From assembly GCA_002811645.1 (NCBI GenBank), contig PDIP01000021.1, positions 124,001-188,000 on the forward strand: a stretch of DNA of 64,000 nt. The letters run 5' to 3'. The stretch is from Corallochytrium limacisporum Hawaii. Taxonomy: Eukaryota; Protista; Pluriformea. Positions 9,686-19,110 of the stretch are shown here, in pieces (position 1 is the stretch's first letter; each line of letters starts with the position of its first letter). The notes under the pieces are model-generated. The model was not told the origin of the DNA. It did no database searches and was given only the letters and a program-made list of their open reading frames with translations. The translations under genes were made by a program, and so were the position numbers.

Positions 9686-11212
9686 ATGCTACCAGAGCTA
9701 GACAGGAAGTCTAGCGTATCTGTGCTGGATGACTTGTCATGGACTCACCGATACTCCTATTTGGGATCAACTAGTGAAGTAGCATGTGCTGACTATACAT
9801 CACCGCAGAGTATTTGGAAGATAAGCACTGCAAAAAGAAGTCTTCAAAGTCCACGGGAACGAAATGAAACGTGGCTTAAGCGGTCAAAGTCCCAGTCTAG
9901 TCTGGGGGAATATGTCGAGGACGAGCGGATAGACTTTGTGAGCGACCTGCCGGGAGAAATAGTGAGTTCTATTCTGCTTCGCCTGGACAATACTAGTTTA
10001 GCCCAGGCTGCTCAGGTTTCTAAGGCATGGAACGCAAGCATTAGGGACGGATTGTTATGGCGCCGCAAATGTATTAAGGACGGACTTTGGCCGATCCCCA
10101 GAACACGGACTACCTCTATGTTAAGCCGAGACGGATCCGCCGGCGACGTCACCAATGAGGGTTCCGATAGCCACACTGGCTCGTGGAGGAAAACTTACAG
10201 CAACAGACATCGTATTGAAAGGAACTGGTCTTCCGGACGACACAAGTCGGAAAGTTTTGACTCCAGTGTCAGAGCTTTGGGAGGTGGAGCACCAAGTATG
10301 GGATTTTCCATTTCACGGGGTGGCGATCTGCTCGCTCGGGCTTCCCTGGACGACGTTTTTGTGTACAACAGTAGTACCAAAGAACAGCTTGGTTCAACTC
10401 TGGAGGGACACACTGGTACAGTATGTGCGGTGCGTTTTAGCCATGACAACGCTTTCCTCTACTCTGCATCGGAAGATGATACTGTCCGAATATGGCGCAT
10501 GACGGACCGTGAATGCATCAAAGTCTTGAATTGCCGCCAAGGTGGCGTCGAAGACCTTGTTGTGGGCACGGATTGCTTGTTTACTGCTGGTGCTGACGGG
10601 TCTCTAGCCCAGTGGAATAGGGATGATTTGCAGCTACTAAAGCGCATAGAATGCAAGGCGGGACCTGCATATGCTCTTACTGTGAACAGATACATGGTAG
10701 CTGCCGGATATCAAGATGGCTTCATCAGGACCTGGAGTCTGAAGTCATCTCAACAAGTGCAGCAACTTGCCGGCCATGATGGTGCGGTCAAGGTTGTGTG
10801 CTTCAATGAAGACGGCAATCTGGTCAGTGGCTCCCAGGACGGTAAGGTTATCGTCTGGAGGGCTGAAAATGCCTGCTCCTTTGATGAAGATGCCAAGGAA
10901 TTCTACTGGTATGCAATTCTGTTCCACGGCTCTGCTATCATGGCCATGCAATGTGACCGTAACCGTATCATCACTGGTGCTATCCAAGGCAACACCAAAG
11001 TATGGAGCAACCACACGTACCGCCTCATTCGCACTCATGAGTTTGAAGATGGTACTCCCGTGTTGGGCCTGACTTTAGACGCCAATGGCTTCTACGCACT
11101 CACCGGAAATGTCCACAGCGTCAGCTACGATGTTGCCATCCCATGCACCTGCAAACAGAAGGACGTTGATATTGCAGAGGAAGAGCCGGATTATCGTCTG
11201 CTGGGTGCATAG
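9686..11212 (+). CDS. F-box/WD40-repeat protein (FBXW family)
   Basis: F-box DFVSDLPGEIVSSILLRLD..AAQVSKAW..LLWRRKC, followed by WD40 repeats (GHTGTVCAV..SASEDDTVRIW; GHDGAV..SGSQDGKVIVW). Confidence 0.92.
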   Translation: MLPELDRKSSVSVLDDLSWTHRYSYLGSTSEVACADYTSPQSIWKISTAKRSLQSPRERNETWLKRSKSQSSLGEYVEDERIDFVSDLPGEIVSSILLRLDNTSLAQAAQVSKAWNASIRDGLLWRRKCIKDGLWPIPRTRTTSMLSRDGSAGDVTNEGSDSHTGSWRKTYSNRHRIERNWSSGRHKSESFDSSVRALGGGAPSMGFSISRGGDLLARASLDDVFVYNSSTKEQLGSTLEGHTGTVCAVRFSHDNAFLYSASEDDTVRIWRMTDRECIKVLNCRQGGVEDLVVGTDCLFTAGADGSLAQWNRDDLQLLKRIECKAGPAYALTVNRYMVAAGYQDGFIRTWSLKSSQQVQQLAGHDGAVKVVCFNEDGNLVSGSQDGKVIVWRAENACSFDEDAKEFYWYAILFHGSAIMAMQCDRNRIITGAIQGNTKVWSNHTYRLIRTHEFEDGTPVLGLTLDANGFYALTGNVHSVSYDVAIPCTCKQKDVDIAEEEPDYRLLGA

Positions 11213-11420
11213 CTGTCGCTGTGGCTCTCATATACTATACATTGAGACATTTTCTTTCATATGACATTAAAAAGTTTGACATGCCCTATCTGAGTTACCT
11301 GAGTCACCCATGGCAATGTGTATCCCTTGTATTGATTTTCCTCCATTTGCGCCCCCGGTACCAACATCGCGGGGACCCCGCCCCTTCCCGGGAGGGGGAG
11401 AGAGAGGTCTTTAGTATTGA

Positions 11421-11428
11421 GCGCGAAA
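11421..11428 (-). promoter_or_regulatory. E2F-type site TTTCGCGC
   Basis: GCGCGAAA on the + strand, about 170 bp upstream of the ATG at 11595. Confidence 0.5.
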
Positions 11429-11594
11429 AGGTGGCCCTTCCTCGTACGGTAGCCAAGAACCTCCCTTTTCTTTTTGTAGGTAGGAACCCCAAGGCGACAA
11501 AGCTATTAGGGAGACCACGGTACACATCAGCTTTGCAGGTCACTTCCTTATTAGCACACCGTGCAATACGAAGTACACGAAGTGATTCAAAACC

Positions 11595-12938
11595 ATGGTG
11601 TCTCCATACTCAAACCCACTGGCTACGAAATTAATCCATGGCCACAAGAACTTTGGAAACGTGAGAGCCACCGCTGCGGAGAAACAGCCACCATTGTCAC
11701 ACTATGATCGGGATAACTTTTCAGCCGTATTGTATGCTAGTGGGCTACCAGAGTACCAAACACATCCGCTTCTGAAAGATGTATACAAAGAGGGCGATAA
11801 GTATCCAGTGTCGAAAGTAAAGGTACCGAAGCACGCCAACGGTACGAGGGAACGGAAGACAGCTGTAGATGCCTGTGCTCCAGACAACAGAGCGTATCTA
11901 CACGAATTCAACCATGGCATCACTGAACTTCGTAACAATTTGAAGGCGTCAGCGAGAGCTGGTAAGAATGGTACTGAAATAGCAAATGCACGTTTGCGAC
12001 TCCTGGCATCGTACATGAACATGGTGAGATTGATGGAGAAGGGGCGACGTGCTTCACCTGGCGAAAGGAAGAGACTTAGCGAGCCCCTGGCGAGTCTGCT
12101 CGCTGAGCTTCAGCTTACAGCTGCCACAGCGCCCCTTGCTACCGTCGGTCCTGGGCCCACACGGACACACTTTTTCCGGAATAATAATGCAATGGAGAGA
12201 GATATGTACAAGACGACAGCTCGATTCGAGCCTGCTAGTGGGAGGCCATCGAAGTTTAACTTGGTGCCAAGATGTCGTGGACAGGGACTGATTCAGCGAA
12301 CCAAACCGAGAGCTGCTCGAGCCACTCAGAAACAATCGAACAGCGTTGGGTTGCAGAAGACAAACAGACCATACAAATCGTCAAGAGGACAGAGAACTGT
12401 CCTCCCACAGACGAACAGGGGTACCGGAACGGTGTCCCCAAGGAAATCTCTAGGTCGGTTGAAGCTGGAGCCGAACACACATGACCTGCGGAATGATAAA
12501 GAGTTCGAGGAGTTGATTGAAAAGATCGAACGCATTGAAAACAGTACACAAGCAACCAAGGACCGCTTACGAAGATCAGATAGCGCCAAACCCCCCACCA
12601 TGAAGCGCAAAGTTGCGCGTAGCAGCCAACATGTTACCGAATCGGAGGACATGAAGCCAAAGACAACCCGGAAATGGTCCGTAAACTTCAGTCAAAAGTT
12701 TGTCAATGCACTCGATAAAGCGGCTGACGAACATCAAGCACATACCTGTCAGCGCTTTGTGACAGTGGACTACGTAAACGTTCCCTGGGATGACCTCAAC
12801 CGAGTGGCCGATTCCGTTGCCGACTATTTCATCTACGAAGAAGTCGATGAGCTGGAGAAAAGAATATCTGAAATGGCAGAAAACCTTGTCATGGAAGAAA
12901 TCGAGCTAATGGCCACCACCCCAACGACGATCGACTAA
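11595..12938 (+). CDS. Uncharacterised basic/coiled-coil protein with a possible Moonraker (KIAA0753/OFIP)-like C-terminus
   Basis: 447-aa ORF. The acidic C-terminal helix PWDDLNRVADSVADYFIYEEVDELEKRISEMAENLVMEE resembles the Moonraker end ([40 protein letters not shown]). Coding status is well supported; the identity is tentative. Confidence 0.55.
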   Translation: MVSPYSNPLATKLIHGHKNFGNVRATAAEKQPPLSHYDRDNFSAVLYASGLPEYQTHPLLKDVYKEGDKYPVSKVKVPKHANGTRERKTAVDACAPDNRAYLHEFNHGITELRNNLKASARAGKNGTEIANARLRLLASYMNMVRLMEKGRRASPGERKRLSEPLASLLAELQLTAATAPLATVGPGPTRTHFFRNNNAMERDMYKTTARFEPASGRPSKFNLVPRCRGQGLIQRTKPRAARATQKQSNSVGLQKTNRPYKSSRGQRTVLPQTNRGTGTVSPRKSLGRLKLEPNTHDLRNDKEFEELIEKIERIENSTQATKDRLRRSDSAKPPTMKRKVARSSQHVTESEDMKPKTTRKWSVNFSQKFVNALDKAADEHQAHTCQRFVTVDYVNVPWDDLNRVADSVADYFIYEEVDELEKRISEMAENLVMEEIELMATTPTTID

Positions 12939-13079
12939 GATCATTATTCAAACCCATACAGAAAATCTATGCCCCGTATCAACTCGCCTTAGCTCGGCCC
13001 CCCTCCCCACGCAACTTTGTTCTCGAAACACTTCCGGTTCCCTGAGTCATTTGCAGGCAACAGTGGGGTACAAGTTTAA

Positions 13080-13087
13080 GCGCCAAA
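13080..13087 (-). promoter_or_regulatory. E2F-type site TTTGGCGC upstream of TONSL
   Basis: GCGCCAAA followed by AATTCAA, about 180 bp upstream of ATG 13266. Confidence 0.55.
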
Positions 13088-13265
13088 AATTCAACGACAG
13101 CAATTGGTGGGGAGGGCTTCCACAGACCAGGTACCTCATACTTGCAAGGTCTCGCAATCTTGCACGAAACTTCAAACTGATCAGAGCCAAAGGCGCTGCT
13201 CAATACAACAAAAATCTTGTGAACATAGCCATGTGGGGCTCTTAGAAGTTCTATCTTTTTTCGAA

Positions 13266-16200
13266 ATGGGAAAGTCGTCAGACACAGCGAAGCTGTCCAT
13301 CGCACAGCTAAAGCAGCTCGCAGAGTCATGGGCTCGAAAAGGCAATCTCAAAGAGGAAGCGTGTACATTAAATATTTTGGGGCATAAGTATACAGAGAAA
13401 GGTAAGATGGCCAAGGCACTAGAATGTCACCGCAAGGAATTGATGCTGACACAGCAGTTTAAAGATATGGACCTTGGGATTCCGCACAGGAAGATCGCAG
13501 AATGCTTGGCTACCTTGGGAGAATTTAAGGAAGCCGTTCATCATGCCAAATTGTACGTGAGTGAAGAGAAACGAAGAGGTGATGATCTCGAACTTCAACG
13601 AGCCTGGCTTGTGATTGGAAACATTTACCAGGAGTGCGCAGTAGCCGACATTAACAACAGGTTGAGCGGGGCATATTTAAAGAAGGCTCTACAATGTCTG
13701 TCCAAGAGTATGTCAATTGCGGAAGTACTGACTCCGGCGCAGGGTATGTCAGGTGTTCTGCGACAGCAGACTATTTGTGATCTCTCCAACAATCTTGCAA
13801 ACGTATACGATCTGCTCAATAAGCCTATGGAAGCTGAATGGCACGCTAATGAAGCCATTGACAAGGCCCAAATCCTTGCGGACGATGAGCGTGAAATGAG
13901 ATCATACTTCACAAAGGGAATATGCATGGGAAATCAACAGTGTACAAAGAAAGCAATCGGTGCAATGACTGTTAGTGCAGATCTAGCCCGTCATCGTGGT
14001 GAATACTACACGGAGATCGAGGCCTTGTACCACCTGGCAACCCACTATCTGGCACAATTCCATCAATCGAAAGTGTCTGACGTGAGTCCACTCATTCAGA
14101 CGCGCGAAACTCTGCGAAAGGCATACCAAAAGCTGGGACGAAGAGATGATCCTCGAGAAATGAAGCCCCAAATCATCAAATTGTATCGTTCAAGCGGAAA
14201 ACTTGAGGAACTGTACGTCGAACGGAAGAGTGTAGGGAGCACATGCGAACTTCATGCCTGGGTTACTGGTAAATTGTATGAACAAATTGGTGATATCTAC
14301 TGGGATATCGGATGGAAAGAAAAAGCGATTGAAGCCTATGAGTCCGCGAAGACCCAGTATCAGGGAATTACGGGGTCATTGGCGACGGACCCAGTGTACA
14401 GAGTAAAGAAGCATTTGCTTGGAGTTCTGGGTAGCATAGGTATGGTCGCATGGGAGATCTCGAACCATGACAAGGCAATCGACTTCTATGCGCGCGCTGC
14501 GGCATGCGCAGAAGAGTCCGGGCAAGCACTGCAGAAAGCATACTATATCATCGATTGGGCACAGGCTGTGGAGGCCAAAAGTGAGGCTGACCAGGGCCTG
14601 GATGAGCTTGCGGCCAAAGACATCCTTGGTCCCGTCCGGGAGGCTCTTCAGACATTCATGCGGAACGCTCCATTGCCGCGGTCTCAGTACGACCAAGTTG
14701 TTGAAGGATACAGGGTCCTCGGCAGGATATACACAGCCCTTGCTCAGAGCAAGGCAGCGGAAAAGGCACATGCCAGGGCAGACGAAATGCAAACAGCTGC
14801 TTCTGAAGCGTTGGATGATGCAAACAGCCAGGACAACGATGACGATGAAGACGCGGATTTTGAGGCGGAAGAAGAAATCTTACACTATTCGTCCAGGCGT
14901 GGTCGCCATGTTGGGGACAAATACGTTCTTGAGCGAAACGAGAAAGGTGAGACCCCTTTGATAACGGCCGCTATTGAAGGAGACTTGGAGCGGGCAACAA
15001 TCTGTATATCCGAGGGAGCGGAGGTGAATGCCCGTGACTACGGCGGATGGAGTGCACTGCATGAAGCCTGCAATCACGGCAATCTGGATATTGTTGAGTT
15101 GCTCCTGGATCACGGAGCTGACATCAACCTCGATGGTGGAAATAATAGTACACCCCTCATATCGGCCGTACTTGGTGATCAGTTGGCGGTTGTTCATTGT
15201 CTCGTTCGACGAGGTGCGAATCTGGTGCGCAGGGACAAGGGTGGAATGCGCGCTGTTGACCTATGCAAAGATGACGATATTCGTAGAGCGTTAGTAAGGG
15301 CCATGTCAGAGCAGGGACTCATCCGCGAAGACAACGCCAGCAAGCTCCTAAAGGAGAACAACTTTGCTACCACTAATGCGTACTTGGACGAGACTGCCGT
15401 AAAACGTGCACGCATGGGTCCAAACCGCCTGCTTGAGGCACGCTCAAGACCCACTGAAGATATACTTCCAGACAATCAAACCTTTGAAAGGTGTGTGGAC
15501 CAGTGGGAAAGAGTTCTTGGAAAACGAAAGAAAGCAATAACAAGGATGTACAGCGACGGCAGTGATGACGCGGACGAGGAGACAGATCCTGTGGCAATCA
15601 GTAGATCGGCCAAGAAGCCACGGGACGACAAAGACAGAAAAAAGATGCCTTCAATGGACGTTATTTCCACTGATGTGGATGAAACATCAAGAAATCGAGG
15701 CCCGATGGAACACAAGCTACTTGGGAAGCCTGCATCTGCACTGGATCTCCTCCGGGCCAAACGTCAGGAGAGACAGCGGAAGATAGCAGCACCGAGCGGC
15801 TTGAGCGACCGCGATGTCTCGCGTGAAGAGCGGTTGAATGAATGGAAGCAGAAACGGGTGTCCTTTGACGGAAAAAGCCAAGGGCAGACACCCTTACGGC
15901 CAATGGAGAATCTGCCCCGGGCCACTGGCCAAGCAACAGCTGCCATCAAGTCCAAAATCTTGCGCGGAATCGCTCAAGGAACATGTCAAGGCTTGACAAG
16001 AGATTTCTCTGAGACGGTGGCAACTTCACCGTACAATGAGATGATCGAGATCATCTTCCCTGATGTTGACAAGTTATCATTGCGAGTGCAACGCCGAGAA
16101 ATTGCAAACTATGCCACTCTGAAAGCCTATCTTGCACAGGAAATCGGACTTGGACAGTACCTTGATGAAATCTCTACCTCAAATGGCAAGACCGTCACGA

Positions 16201-17246
16201 ATGCTACTGCTGCTGAGGTCTCTGCTCCGGAGTTCAAGGGGCCCCTTGAGTGCTGCTTGCGTCCCGGTCATCATCCAGAGGCCATCTATTGCATTTTCTG
16301 CAAGCTTCGGGATCTCACTCCGAATACGGACGTTTTCCGTCAGCTCGAGCAAATACCATCCACGCGGGCGTTCACTTTGACTGGGATTCCTCTGAGTGTT
16401 GGACAAATCCAAGGCGTTCTGGCGGCCTTGTCACATGCTAGCCATTGCGAGAAACTTGTCCTTGATGCGGTCATGTTGGACGAAGCGGTCATGAAAGCCC
16501 TCGCACGCATCATCCCAAAGTTCAGCAGATTGCGACACCTGTCTGTAGCACTGAACTCTGCTTCAGCCGCGAGTGTCCACAAATTGATTATTAGTGTAGC
16601 GAGCAGCATCAGCAGTGAAACTTTAGAGTATCTGGATGTTAGCGGCAACAGATTGGGCGAGATATCATGCCAGAAGGTCTTAACGGCAGTATTTGCGCGA
16701 TGTACGAATCTGCGCACTTTGAAGATGGCCAATTGTGCCATTAGCGATGACAGCCGCCTAAATCTGGCCATCATGACTGCACGGTCTCTACACAACCTGG
16801 ATATTTCAGACAACGACAGCACGCTGCTGGAATCCAAGGTCCTGATGTCTTGCATTGGCCAGTCATCGGTGCGAAGCCTGATCATCAATGGCTACGACCT
16901 CACTGCAGGCAATGATGCTCTGGAGCATCTGTCGGAAAGCAATTCCTTACATTCCATAGATATCCGCCGCTGTGAACTTCCTTCCGACGATGACCAATTG
17001 AGTCGGCTTCTTGGGAAGTTTGATGGAGCCCTGAAGAATATTAACACGGTTCATGCGGCTCACTGCCATATTGGATCAAAAAATGGCTTCATCACATGGC
17101 TGCAGAGGTACGTGAACGTCGACACAGAGCGTCAAGTTTTCCTTAGTATAGACTCTGGAATCACTGCAGACGATCTGACATCCTTGAAAGTGTCATTCGA
17201 GCCGCTTAGAGATTCGGACACTGTGCGCTTCACTCGCTCAACCTGA
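13266..17246 (+). CDS. TONSL: Tonsoku-like DNA repair protein (TPR, acidic tract, ankyrin, LRR)
   Basis: N-terminal TPRs (HRKIAECLATLGEF..ELQRAWLVIG), an acidic tract, ankyrin repeats RNEKGETPL..RDYGGWSALHEACNHG, and C-terminal LRRs (LEYLDVSGNRLG). The first in-frame ATG is 13266; the ORF track starts at TTG 13104. Confidence 0.9.
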   Translation: MGKSSDTAKLSIAQLKQLAESWARKGNLKEEACTLNILGHKYTEKGKMAKALECHRKELMLTQQFKDMDLGIPHRKIAECLATLGEFKEAVHHAKLYVSEEKRRGDDLELQRAWLVIGNIYQECAVADINNRLSGAYLKKALQCLSKSMSIAEVLTPAQGMSGVLRQQTICDLSNNLANVYDLLNKPMEAEWHANEAIDKAQILADDEREMRSYFTKGICMGNQQCTKKAIGAMTVSADLARHRGEYYTEIEALYHLATHYLAQFHQSKVSDVSPLIQTRETLRKAYQKLGRRDDPREMKPQIIKLYRSSGKLEELYVERKSVGSTCELHAWVTGKLYEQIGDIYWDIGWKEKAIEAYESAKTQYQGITGSLATDPVYRVKKHLLGVLGSIGMVAWEISNHDKAIDFYARAAACAEESGQALQKAYYIIDWAQAVEAKSEADQGLDELAAKDILGPVREALQTFMRNAPLPRSQYDQVVEGYRVLGRIYTALAQSKAAEKAHARADEMQTAASEALDDANSQDNDDDEDADFEAEEEILHYSSRRGRHVGDKYVLERNEKGETPLITAAIEGDLERATICISEGAEVNARDYGGWSALHEACNHGNLDIVELLLDHGADINLDGGNNSTPLISAVLGDQLAVVHCLVRRGANLVRRDKGGMRAVDLCKDDDIRRALVRAMSEQGLIREDNASKLLKENNFATTNAYLDETAVKRARMGPNRLLEARSRPTEDILPDNQTFERCVDQWERVLGKRKKAITRMYSDGSDDADEETDPVAISRSAKKPRDDKDRKKMPSMDVISTDVDETSRNRGPMEHKLLGKPASALDLLRAKRQERQRKIAAPSGLSDRDVSREERLNEWKQKRVSFDGKSQGQTPLRPMENLPRATGQATAAIKSKILRGIAQGTCQGLTRDFSETVATSPYNEMIEIIFPDVDKLSLRVQRREIANYATLKAYLAQEIGLGQYLDEISTSNGKTVTNATAAEVSAPEFKGPLECCLRPGHHPEAIYCIFCKLRDLTPNTDVFRQLEQIPSTRAFTLTGIPLSVGQIQGVLAALSHASHCEKLVLDAVMLDEAVMKALARIIPKFSRLRHLSVALNSASAASVHKLIISVASSISSETLEYLDVSGNRLGEISCQKVLTAVFARCTNLRTLKMANCAISDDSRLNLAIMTARSLHNLDISDNDSTLLESKVLMSCIGQSSVRSLIINGYDLTAGNDALEHLSESNSLHSIDIRRCELPSDDDQLSRLLGKFDGALKNINTVHAAHCHIGSKNGFITWLQRYVNVDTERQVFLSIDSGITADDLTSLKVSFEPLRDSDTVRFTRST

Positions 17247-17904
17247 GGTATGTATCACGCGCAAAACGAGTGACAAGATTGGCGTTGGTTCGTTCGCCCC
17301 TCTTGAATCTAAAATCTGTATTTTATCTTTTATTTTGATTGCAATCAAATTGCATCATTTTTTATATTGTATATACTTACGTCTGAAATATAATATCTGG
17401 TCCCGCCTGCATGTCCTAGTACTAGTACTACGATGTTATACCAGAAGACTGAACACCTACTTACAAGAGACATACTAAACTCGAAACTCTTGAAATTCCC
17501 GTATGTAAAATACAACCGCCGGTTGATCATTTGCTCTTGTGTTGCCTGGCCTCCTTGGCCATGACAGTGCTTTCAATAGTTGAATCCTCTGTCCATACTT
17601 CCGGGAGTTGGATCCCGGGCAGTCTTGCACCCTGTCAAGTGAGCTCATAGCAGGGACTCTGAACATGGATTCGGGGTTCAGGTTTACAAACGGGGATCGA
17701 GAACCCACTCTGCAATCAGAAACAATGAGGAATCTTCACGGCTTCAGAGATGTTAACCTACGGGAATTTTTAATACTATGACTTGCGTTAAACTAAACAG
17801 ACGTGGTTGTGGTAACATCCTATGTGCGGACATGGTCTCATGTAGCACAGCTACCGAGGGACCTTTCTCGAAGAAACACCACAGAGCATAACTGACAATC
17901 CTAC

Positions 17905-19110
17905 CTAGGCAAGAATACCCTTGGGCATTGGGCCCGAAAGAATGGCCTGCAGGCTGGTCTTGTCAGACACACGGTCGTAGACATGTACACCGTTACTGGT
18001 GTTTTTGATAATGAATCCACTATTCTTTGTCTCTATCTCAGGTAGTGGGCCACGAATACTGACGATGGTGCGCAAATTGCTAAGGTCCTCTTTAGCCAGC
18101 TCCTCAGCAATAGGCCAGACATCATTCATGGGGACACTAATGATCACAATGGAAGCTCGTGACAGAATCTTGAAATCTACACTAGCGTAGTCATCAGTGA
18201 AGCGGATCTCAGCATTGCCAAAGGCCAGGCTAGTGCCAGGTGCTCCACTGAGGCCGCTGGCACCGGTGCTGACGCCAATGGCAGTGGACCGGTAGTATTT
18301 GGCCGCTCTGTTGAGCAACAGCCCATTGCCACAGCCCAGGTGGACAATGATATCATTCGAGCGGGGTCGAATAGAGCCTAACAAGGTGTCAACCTTGTCT
18401 GTAGAGTTGATGAACTGTTCCATACGCATATTGTTAGGGCCAGTGGGAGCCATCATGGGCGATGATGTAGAGCCGCTCAGCAGCTCGTCACTGGAACAGT
18501 CCGCACTATAACTATCAGAGAGACTGGCAGTCTCAGAATCACACAAGGTTTCTCCCTCGCGTCCCTGATTGCTCATGCAGGAGTAGACCGAGCGCCGGGG
18601 GCTGGTGAGGGGACTGATGTCTTCCGCTTCTTCTTCAGCTACGCTTTCTGTAATACTGCACAAGCTGCTCCGACGCATTAGAGACGGGGGCATCTTGATG
18701 CTCCGTCGGACAACGCGAAGAGGAGGCTGCTTTGATGCACCGAGCTGTTCAGGCGACATGGCCTTGCTAACTGCAACAAGACGCTCCGCTCGTCCACGAA
18801 GCTTAATGATAAATTGCCCGAACCGAGTCAATGTCTGTACATACAGTGGTCTCAGAACGCTGCTGTAAAAAGCATAGAAAATGCCTGCAGGGATGCCAAT
18901 AATAATAAGCAGCGGCGATGCTATAATGGCAACAAAAATTCCGATAACTAGGAAAGGTAACATACCCAGCGCTAATGATGCCAAATGCCAATTTCTTGAT
19001 GTGGCCTGTGTGTATGTAGGTGGAATGGGACCGTACATGGACCGAGATTTGTTGGGACCAGCTGTCCGCTTCGGCATTCGCGCCGTGCGAACTTCATGGA
19101 AGTCCTCCAT
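17905..19110 (-). CDS. Membrane-hairpin protein with a degenerate class I SAM-methyltransferase-like C-terminal domain
   Basis: About 40-residue continuous hydrophobic stretch (LASLALGMLPFLVIGIFVAIIASPLLIIIGIPAGIFYAFY), a Ser-rich linker, then DIIVHLGCGNGLLLNRAAKYYRSTAIGV, resembling the DVVYDLGCGDGRIVIAAAK..GVGID type motif. Confidence 0.7.
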   Translation of the reverse strand: MEDFHEVRTARMPKRTAGPNKSRSMYGPIPPTYTQATSRNWHLASLALGMLPFLVIGIFVAIIASPLLIIIGIPAGIFYAFYSSVLRPLYVQTLTRFGQFIIKLRGRAERLVAVSKAMSPEQLGASKQPPLRVVRRSIKMPPSLMRRSSLCSITESVAEEEAEDISPLTSPRRSVYSCMSNQGREGETLCDSETASLSDSYSADCSSDELLSGSTSSPMMAPTGPNNMRMEQFINSTDKVDTLLGSIRPRSNDIIVHLGCGNGLLLNRAAKYYRSTAIGVSTGASGLSGAPGTSLAFGNAEIRFTDDYASVDFKILSRASIVIISVPMNDVWPIAEELAKEDLSNLRTIVSIRGPLPEIETKNSGFIIKNTSNGVHVYDRVSDKTSLQAILSGPMPKGILA

